From positions 1-64,000 of the IMG/VR virus record IMGVR_UViG_3300027741_000030: a stretch of 64,000 bases of DNA, one strand, 5' to 3'. Source of the DNA: a virus. Of this stretch, positions 28,327 to 35,574 are shown piece after piece. The translations under genes and the position numbers were made by a program. Position 1 is the stretch's first letter, and the number at the start of each line of letters is the position of its first letter. Under the pieces are notes generated by a model that saw nothing but the letters and a program-made list of their open reading frames with translations, searched no databases and was not told where the DNA came from.

Positions 28327-29190
28327 TTTGTCCGCCTTTCGTTGTTGATATACGGATATTATAGCGGATAGGACTGACAAAGTGTTAATTTTGCAAGGGT
28401 TTGTCTCAATATGTGGAGCGTGGGCTATGTGATAAACATCACATAAAAATGTCCGATTTGTCTGTCAAACCGACACGCCGTAAATTTTCAGGGTTTTTAT
28501 AACAGTTCCGTAACGACACGCCCGACCCCGTGCCTATGCGGGCCAGCTTGACATTGTCAAGCCGACACGCCGTTTATTCTTTGTTATCTTGCTCACATAC
28601 GCATCTAGTGTAAGCACCCGCATTAAGACGATCACATTTAGGGCAGGTATAAAATCCGCTAGGGTTAGCCATTAGTTTAACCCGTTTTCTTTTATGTCTT
28701 TGATTACGGCAATTAGTAGCGGGATAGTTAAGCCCGCTAGTAGTAATTGGACGGCGGTAGTTAGTAGGCGATTAGTAGTCATTACTTATTCTTCTTTCTC
28801 TTATAAATCTTATAGGCGATTACCACTAGGGCGGTTAGTGTTATTAGTTTCCAATCTAGTGCGACATAGAACCAATCGCTATCTAGACATATACCATAGT
28901 CATTTATTTCTAATGTCATTACATCTCAACCTTTCGCATATGTGCTACAACATTTTTAGAAACCTTTTGTAGGTCTGCTACGACCTTATTCATTTCATCG
29001 GCGCTAGTTGCCTTAAAGTCAACGCCTAGTAGTTGTGCGCCGTCCCATATTGAGTAAGTGATAGTCATTTATAGTGCTCCTTCTTGTAGTAGTGCTATCT
29101 CGATGTCTAGTTGTATTGTATCGGGTAGGTCTGACAAATCAACCCAACCCGCTCCTTCGTTATCCATTATGAACGCTTTTACATATCCCA

Positions 29191-29373
29191 TTACGCTACC
29201 TCTGACATCTCTGCTAGTAGTGCGTCTACTTGCTCATCTGTTAGTTCATCTTCTAATTCTTCATCTTCTACATCTACCTCTTCATCTAGGTAAGCGTATT
29301 GGTCGGCTACATCTTCCTGAATAGTGTCCCACTTAGAGAGGCTATTAGTGCGTGTGTTGTATGCGTATGACAT
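29191..29373 (-). CDS. highly acidic 60-aa protein
   Basis: D/E-rich; AACGAAAG leader. Confidence 0.7.
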   Translation of the reverse strand: MSYAYNTRTNSLSKWDTIQEDVADQYAYLDEEVDVEDEELEDELTDEQVDALLAEMSEVA

Positions 29374-29407
29374 TTATTTCTTCTTTCGTTAGTTGGTTAT
29401 TTGGTTG

Positions 29408-29461
29408 AGAGCGATTATTTGCTAGGCTCACCTTTCGGATTATTTGCTAGGCTCACGCTCT
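29408..29461 (-). repeat. 19-bp direct repeat pair enclosed in a hairpin (structured 5' leader)
   Basis: GATTATTTGCTAGGCTCAC at 29413 and 29438; flanked by AGAGCG/CGCTCT. Confidence 0.8.
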
Positions 29462-29548
29462 AATTCTTTATTTATTTGTATGTCGTAAGACTATCACGAC
29501 CTACTGACATTTAGCCTAATTTAGGGCTAGTGTCGTGTGTGAGTTACC

Positions 29549-29656
29549 TCACATCTCCGCTATATTAGCCTCGTGATAGGCGAGAGTAATTTCCTCGCCG
29601 AATTCGGATACTAGGTCGTTATAGACCTCGTCTTGATAGTTAAGATAATCGTTCAT
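29549..29656 (-). CDS. 35-aa acidic microprotein, first gene of the inverted block
   Basis: MNDYLNYQDEVYNDLVSEFGEEITLAYHEANIAEM; GAAAGG RBS; motif promoter 29706. Confidence 0.55.
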   Translation of the reverse strand: MNDYLNYQDEVYNDLVSEFGEEITLAYHEANIAEM

Positions 29657-29926
29657 TAGATTACCGCCTTTCTTAGTAAGACTTTCTTACTTTCTTTATA
29701 CCTTAAGCATAGCAAGGGGGACTGACATTTAGACCCCTATTCTCGGGCGTGTCTAAATAAATCTTAGAATAATCGTGTGATCTCCACCACAATCACGCTC
29801 ATTATGGGCGGTCTATCCATTTTGTCCGATTTTGATTTATATGTGTATCGTGCAAATTAAAAATTTATTAACATTTTTTGAAATCTGAACGGCTGGTCAA
29901 CTAAAAATAAATGGTAAACTTATAAT

Positions 29927-30460
29927 ATGATAAATTATTTAACTGAAGATAAGCGTGTTTGGGAAATAGAAAATTTTCTTTCTGAAGAAGAGCTATCAAG
30001 ATTTGATTATCATATAAAAAAAACAGAATGGGTAACTCAAGAAAAATGGGAGAATGTTACATATAAAAATAACACTTCAATTTTTCCAGATGTTAAATTT
30101 ATAATAGACAGAACTGCTGATGCAACTGATCATAAATATTCATGGAGCAGCATGGGCATTATAATGAGAATCCAACCTGGTATGTATTTAAGTCCGCATG
30201 TTGATAATTACAATAATCCTGATTCTGATTTAACAAAAAATTGGCTCTCGGCACATATTTATCTAAATGATAATTTTGATGGAGGCGAACTTTATTATGC
30301 AAATTTAAATATTAAATACAAGCCTAAACGTGGTTCCATAGTCTTTCATCCTGGGTTTGAAGATATTTATATGCATGGCGTGAAAAAAGTTGTTGGTTCA
30401 GATAGATACGCAATAGGATTAGTTGGAAAAAGCTTGACATCAAAAATACATTTAGTATAA
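29927..30460 (+). CDS. 2OG-Fe(II) oxygenase
   Basis: HVD, YLNDNFDGGE, HGV, RY. Confidence 0.85.
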   Translation: MINYLTEDKRVWEIENFLSEEELSRFDYHIKKTEWVTQEKWENVTYKNNTSIFPDVKFIIDRTADATDHKYSWSSMGIIMRIQPGMYLSPHVDNYNNPDSDLTKNWLSAHIYLNDNFDGGELYYANLNIKYKPKRGSIVFHPGFEDIYMHGVKKVVGSDRYAIGLVGKSLTSKIHLV

Positions 30461-30518
30461 TTTTCTAGGGGGGTCGGGGGGTCAGTAAATCAATAATATT
30501 TAAATATATTATATATAT

Positions 30519-30543
30519 AAGACCTAAGACCTAAGACCTAAGA
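30519..30543 (+). repeat. 7-bp tandem repeat (AAGACCT) x3.5
   Basis: Visible in intergenic DNA after G-runs GGGGGGTCGGGGGGTC. Confidence 0.75.
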
Positions 30544-30574
30544 TCAAGTGATACATGGAATGGTACAATAAAGT

Positions 30575-31246
30575 ATGAAAACTGTACATCTTATTGGTGA
30601 TTGTCATTCAACTAGAGTCTGGGAACACTGGAATCCTGAAACATGTCCCGTAGACTTTAAAGTATGGGGTGTAGCTGGAATGACAGCTTATGCATTTGAT
30701 CCAGTAAAATTTGAAGAAGAAAAAATGGAATCAAGCGGCATAGAAAGTCAAAGTGATTACCTTAATAAACCAAGAGAGTACTGGGTAAAACCGTTTAATG
30801 AATTTAAATCACCAGACCTGGTTTTAGTTTGGCTAGGATATGTCGATATTAGACAATGGCTTCCAAAGCATAAAAATACCGAAGAAATTACTATAAAGTA
30901 TCTTGATCGTATACGTGAATACTATAAGGATTCTGTTATACAGATTATTGAACCCCTCCCACAATTCACTGAAATGCTTTTAAAGTACGAGGGCATCTCT
31001 CCAAGTTATACTTATGAGGAAAGACAAAACATTAACAATATTTTTATAGATACACTAAATAAGTATGCAAAAGAACACGGAATGATTGCACCAGTTACTC
31101 AGAAAGAAATTAAAGATGCAGTTGGACTTAACGAGTTTACACCTGAAGATTGTGCAACATGGGCTCCTCACCCACAAGATTCACTAAAAAGAGAATATTG
31201 GGCAAAAATTTATAATTTATTTATAAAGAAAACAAAGGTGATATAA
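30575..31246 (+). CDS. SGNH/GDSL-like fold hypothetical protein
   Basis: LIGDCHS and WLGYVDIR blocks. Confidence 0.5.
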   Translation: MKTVHLIGDCHSTRVWEHWNPETCPVDFKVWGVAGMTAYAFDPVKFEEEKMESSGIESQSDYLNKPREYWVKPFNEFKSPDLVLVWLGYVDIRQWLPKHKNTEEITIKYLDRIREYYKDSVIQIIEPLPQFTEMLLKYEGISPSYTYEERQNINNIFIDTLNKYAKEHGMIAPVTQKEIKDAVGLNEFTPEDCATWAPHPQDSLKREYWAKIYNLFIKKTKVI

Positions 31247-31918
31247 ATGGGAATGCAAGATATTAAATTTCAAGAAACAACAGGAAAAACAATTAAGGTT
31301 ATAGCTCCTATGGGTTCTGGATGTGTTTTGTTTTCTAAATTCTTAAATCATATTTGTGAAAATGTTAATATAAAATCTGGATACCATGAAACAGATGAGT
31401 GGTTTGGTAGAAATAATCCAACTATGATGGACGAAGAAAATCTTTTTGTTTATATTTTAAGAGATCCAATTGATTCAATAACTGAAAGCGTAAAAGTTTT
31501 AATGAATTTTAAAGATGATTATGCAACTAGATTTCAAGATCCTCATCACCTATTACAATCAATTAATATTGCAAAACCAAAATGGCATGATATGTTTATG
31601 AAATCAAAAGAAAAAGAACAAGAAAATAGTTTTAAAATTATTTACGAATCAATGTTTATAAATTCAGATAAAATGATTAAACAATTTGTAAAATTTTTTG
31701 ATTTAACTTTAAATGAAAATTATTTTTCTTCAATTACTGCAAAAGATGTTTATTCAAAAATGGAAAAAACAGGATACTCATTTTGGATACCAGATAATCA
31801 AATTTCTAAATATACTATAGTTGATGATGCAGTTCGTAATGATGAAGAAATAAAAGAAATGCAAAAACAATATCTTGAGTATAAAAAAGAGATAGAGTTT
31901 TATGATTATAAATTCTAA
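31247..31918 (+). CDS. sulfotransferase-like P-loop protein
   Basis: APMGSG; ILRDPIDS; IIYE. Confidence 0.6.
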   Translation: MGMQDIKFQETTGKTIKVIAPMGSGCVLFSKFLNHICENVNIKSGYHETDEWFGRNNPTMMDEENLFVYILRDPIDSITESVKVLMNFKDDYATRFQDPHHLLQSINIAKPKWHDMFMKSKEKEQENSFKIIYESMFINSDKMIKQFVKFFDLTLNENYFSSITAKDVYSKMEKTGYSFWIPDNQISKYTIVDDAVRNDEEIKEMQKQYLEYKKEIEFYDYKF

Positions 31919-32489
31919 TCCTGGATCAGGAAACACTTTTTGCAGCGTATTATTAGAAGAAGCTTTGGGTTATTGGGTTGAAACAAAACATCAGCCACAC
32001 ATATTAAATGAAAAAATAAATCAAATTACTTTATTTAGAAATCCATATGATTCAGTATTGTCTTCTTTAGAAAGACATTTTCAAGATTTGCATCCAGACT
32101 TAAAACCCTTTGATTTAAATAATCAAGACGAAGTAAAAAATAATGTAAAACAATATGTTAGATTGTATAATATATATTTAGACGATTATCAAAAAGACTA
32201 TATCTATCCTGTAACTTATGAGCATTTAAGAAACAACCCAATGATATTTGTAAAATCTATTGCAAATTTTTTTGATTTAAAAATAATTAATGAAGATATT
32301 AATGAAGATAAAATTGTAAAAAAAATAATTAATACTCAAAATTTTTTTGAACATAGAAAAAAAAGATTAGCGCCAGTAAAAGAAAGAGAAGCTTTAATAA
32401 AAATTTTAAAATTAGATAATTCTTTAAAGCAACTTTATGAAAGATATTGTCAACATAAAGAAATTTTGCAAAATGTCCATAACAATTAA
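31902..32489 (+). CDS. sulfotransferase-like P-loop protein
   Basis: SNPGSGNT; FRNPYDSVLS; VTYEHL..NP. Confidence 0.65.
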   Translation: MIINSNPGSGNTFCSVLLEEALGYWVETKHQPHILNEKINQITLFRNPYDSVLSSLERHFQDLHPDLKPFDLNNQDEVKNNVKQYVRLYNIYLDDYQKDYIYPVTYEHLRNNPMIFVKSIANFFDLKIINEDINEDKIVKKIINTQNFFEHRKKRLAPVKEREALIKILKLDNSLKQLYERYCQHKEILQNVHNN

Positions 32490-33081
32490 TTCCCCAGAAG
32501 GATCTGGAAATATTTTTGCAAAAACAGCTTTGCTTGATATAGATTGTCCAACAAATGTTATACATAACTATGAGCTTTTGAATTCAGGAGGAAATAATAT
32601 TTTTATATTAAGGAATCCATATGATTGCATATTATCAGCAATTGAGTTACCATTTTTAGGCAATAAATATTTATCAAGACAATTTAATATAGATGATAAT
32701 AAAACAGATCAAGAAATAAATAGACATATTGAACAATATTTAAATTATTTAAAGAATTATAAAAATAAAAAAGTTTATGCAGTAACATTTGAATTTTTAA
32801 CTAACAACCCTAAACAATTTGTAGAAAATGTTACATCAAGGTTTAACAGAAAAATTGATAAAAATAAACTTGATCTTATTTCAGAAGAATCTGTTATAAA
32901 AAAGTTAATAGAAAAAAATCCACATAGAGCTCCATTTAGAGATGACAACCCAAGACAAAAAATATCTATTAGAGAAGAAATAAAAACATTTTTAAATGAA
33001 GACAAAAGAATGAAAGATTTGTACCCTATTTATCTACAACATAAGAATATATTGCAGTCAACTAAAAATATGGTACAATAG
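32473..33081 (+). CDS. sulfotransferase-like P-loop protein
   Basis: SPEGSGN; LRNPYDCILS; VTFEFL..NP. Confidence 0.65.
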   Translation: MSITINSPEGSGNIFAKTALLDIDCPTNVIHNYELLNSGGNNIFILRNPYDCILSAIELPFLGNKYLSRQFNIDDNKTDQEINRHIEQYLNYLKNYKNKKVYAVTFEFLTNNPKQFVENVTSRFNRKIDKNKLDLISEESVIKKLIEKNPHRAPFRDDNPRQKISIREEIKTFLNEDKRMKDLYPIYLQHKNILQSTKNMVQ

Positions 33082-33211
33082 ATTTATGAAATGTGACTTT
33101 TGCGAAAATCCAAAATATGTAGAGCGTATTAACGCTAAAGGCATACTTGAAAGTTTTTGCACCAATTGCATAGAAAAATTAGTGGCGGGAAACCGAATAC
33201 GCTAGTCCCAA

Positions 33212-33286
33212 GGGGATATAGCTTAATCTGGTTAAAGCACTTGTCTTATATACAATAGATTCTGGGTTCAAATCCCAGTATCCCTA
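33212..33286 (+). tRNA. tRNA-Ile(TAT)
   Basis: Acceptor GGGGATA/TATCCCT; TTGT-CTTATAT-ACAA anticodon arm; CTGGG-TTCAAAT-CCCAG. Confidence 0.85.
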
Positions 33287-33684
33287 CAATGGAGTAGAAT
33301 ATGAATAACAACGTAATAGTACCTGATGAATGGCCAAGACATAAAAAAATTAAATTTTTGGGCATAACATTAGTTGCTATAATTTTAATATTAGTAATTT
33401 CAATTTAGGAGTTATATGAATTGGCTTCAAGCATCAATAATATTTGTACCAATGATAATTGCTATCATTGCATACCTAACTGGTAATATATAAAGCAGTT
33501 GACTAGGATATATATGAAGAAGATATGGGCATTAGTAAGTACAATTGCGATAGCAATCCTTTCAGGAGTTGCCTTGTCTAAATTTTTAAATTGGGCGGGA
33601 CAAAAAGAAATCTTTGATTTCGACCTAGATGAAGATATAGATAATGAAGACTTCTAAACTATATAGGTCAATACTCTGGCTATC

Positions 33685-33996
33685 TTGGATCCTTATTGGT
33701 CTATATACAATAGGGACATTATGGATAATAAAGTAAATAAGGACGAATCGGACAAACTAGCGAAATATTTAGCCGATGTAAGATATAGAGAAAATAATTA
33801 TTTTGAAGCTAACAATTTGATGGCTAGGTCTTCGCTAGAATGGGTCATAGAAGTCCTACAAGGGCGTTTAGCCAAATGTTTGAATGCAGAGTCAGGTATA
33901 TGTGACATATGGTACATAGAAAGCCATTCTGAATGTTTATTGTTAATGGATCTATTGTACCAATTTAGTCAAGATGAGAAATATAATGTTAAATAG
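33685..33996 (+). CDS. hypothetical protein
   Basis: ORF track; true start probably MDNK at 33721. Confidence 0.5.
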   Translation: MDPYWSIYNRDIMDNKVNKDESDKLAKYLADVRYRENNYFEANNLMARSSLEWVIEVLQGRLAKCLNAESGICDIWYIESHSECLLLMDLLYQFSQDEKYNVK

Positions 33997-34077
33997 GTTC
34001 TTCTATCGCCGCCGCACTTCAATTTTTTCACTTTCGCACTATTTGTCCAATATATACATGAATGGTAGAATTTAATA

Positions 34078-35574
34078 ATGAGTAAACCAAATATTGTTAT
34101 TGTAGGTGGCGGCACTGCAGGCTGGCTATCTGCCCTATTTGCTCACAAGAGATATCCAGAAGCCAACGTAACCGTAATAGAAAGCACCGAAATTGGAATC
34201 ATAGGTGCGGGCGAGGGAACAGTTCCAATGCTCCTTACCCTTTTTCAAGACTTAGGTATTAGTTTAAAAGATTTAATTGCAAATACAAAATCTACTATCA
34301 AGAATGGTATAAAGTTTACTAACTGGTCAGAAGATGGTGGAAGCTATTTCCATGGGTTTACTTTTTATCCTGAAACTCTTGAAGATCTTAAAGCTATTGA
34401 TTTTGAAGATAAAGATTTTCCAAACTCAAGGCTATTTGCTTATGGCAAAAAAATAAATGATAAAGACTTTTGTTTTTTTACAATGATATCTGATCAAAAC
34501 AAAATTCCATATACAGAAAAAGAAGGTAGCTACAAAAAGCATGGATCCCATGCCTTACATTTTGACGCAAGAGTGTTGGCTAAATTTCTAAAAGAAAAAA
34601 GCTTAGAAAGAGGAATCATTCATATTGATTCTAAAGTTGTTGATTCAGAAATATCAGAAAATAGCGTAGTATCAGTTACCCTAGAAGATACAACAACTAT
34701 AAATACCGATTTTGTAGTAGATGCCACAGGATTTGCAAGGTACTTTATTGGAAATTCTTTGGGTGGAAAGTGGATAAGTTATTCAGACAATTTACCAGCA
34801 GATTCCGCACAAGCATTCTTTTTAAATATTGAAAACAAAGAAGAAATAGAGCCATATACAGAATCTACCGCAAGAGATTACGGTTGGGTTTGGAAAATTC
34901 CACTTCAGCACAGGTATGGGTGTGGCTACGTATATGATTCAAGGCTGGTATCTAATGAAGATATAAGAAAAGAAATTGTTGAAAAGTATGGAGATGTTGA
35001 ATTTATAAAGCAGTTTAAATTTGAACCTGGAGCTTTTGAAGATATCTGGATTGGCAACTGCATTGCCGTTGGTCTGTCAGCAGGATTTGTAGAGCCACTA
35101 GAAGCTACATCATTGCAACAAACTGCAACAACATTAAACAGAGTGTTTCATGAAGACGTAGAGGCACTAACGCCTGGCAATTACAGAGAGCATATAAATA
35201 AAAAATGCTTTAAGGATTCCGAAGCTATAAAAGATTTTATATACCTACACTATATGACAAATAAGACAAACAATGAGTTTTGGAAAAACTTTACATTAAA
35301 TAATAAAATGCCAGATTCTTTAAAAGAAACGTATAAAAAAATTATTAATATTGATGAAATAAAAATCTATGATCTTTTATGGCCAGAGTACAGCTATTAT
35401 ATTGTTGCTAAAGGCAATGGAATAATGAATGAAAATAATTTATCTAATTTTGCAACAAAATACGAAAAATTTAATCAAGAAATACAAGAAAATTTTGAAG
35501 TAGAAAAGGCTTTGTCTAAAAAATCTATAAAGCATTATGACTTTTTAAAATTAAACGGAGGCTTCAATGAGTAA
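34078..35574 (+). CDS. flavin-dependent tryptophan halogenase-family protein
   Basis: GGGTAGW, GAGEGT, IKNGIKF.NW, WVWKIP (WxWxIP), FVEPLEAT. Confidence 0.9.
   Translation: MSKPNIVIVGGGTAGWLSALFAHKRYPEANVTVIESTEIGIIGAGEGTVPMLLTLFQDLGISLKDLIANTKSTIKNGIKFTNWSEDGGSYFHGFTFYPETLEDLKAIDFEDKDFPNSRLFAYGKKINDKDFCFFTMISDQNKIPYTEKEGSYKKHGSHALHFDARVLAKFLKEKSLERGIIHIDSKVVDSEISENSVVSVTLEDTTTINTDFVVDATGFARYFIGNSLGGKWISYSDNLPADSAQAFFLNIENKEEIEPYTESTARDYGWVWKIPLQHRYGCGYVYDSRLVSNEDIRKEIVEKYGDVEFIKQFKFEPGAFEDIWIGNCIAVGLSAGFVEPLEATSLQQTATTLNRVFHEDVEALTPGNYREHINKKCFKDSEAIKDFIYLHYMTNKTNNEFWKNFTLNNKMPDSLKETYKKIINIDEIKIYDLLWPEYSYYIVAKGNGIMNENNLSNFATKYEKFNQEIQENFEVEKALSKKSIKHYDFLKLNGGFNE

Larger units (their letters stand above)
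19078..28543 (+). repeat. dispersed fixed-spacing motif CAGGG-N15/16-CGTAA-N13-CCC(-N8-GCGGGC), 9 copies
   Basis: Starts at 19078, 19127, 19931 (degenerate), 21074 (degenerate), 22336, 24143, 25444, 27244, 28489. Confidence 0.85.
20718..29727 (-). promoter_or_regulatory. array of 14 TGTCAG-N10-TAnnnT promoters (RecA-NDp/PafBC-type)
   Basis: 22-bp sites with left coordinates 20718, 21041, 21470, 22245, 23960, 24106, 25361, 26294, 26598, 27167, 28358, 29115, 29488, 29706; all - strand, invariant 10-nt spacer. Confidence 0.88.
22285..29791. promoter_or_regulatory. CRP-type boxes TGTGA-N6-TCACA (4 perfect, 5 one-mismatch)
   Basis: Perfect at 25421, 27222, 28428, 29538; near-perfect at 22285, 22313, 24156, 26658, 29776. 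Confidence 0.8.

Noticed and set aside
19078-28543. CRISPR array or integron attC sites as explanation of the spaced motif
   Set aside because: Copies are kilobases apart with unconserved interiors. There is no consistent hairpin or RYYYAAC/GTTRRRY box, and no cas or integrase gene is visible.
19504-29207. Other TGTCAG hexamers on the - strand (19504, 21102, 21159, 23249, 28320, 29202)
   Set aside because: No TAnnnT at the 10-nt spacing; two simply overlap ATG-TCA-G gene starts. Not counted among the 14.
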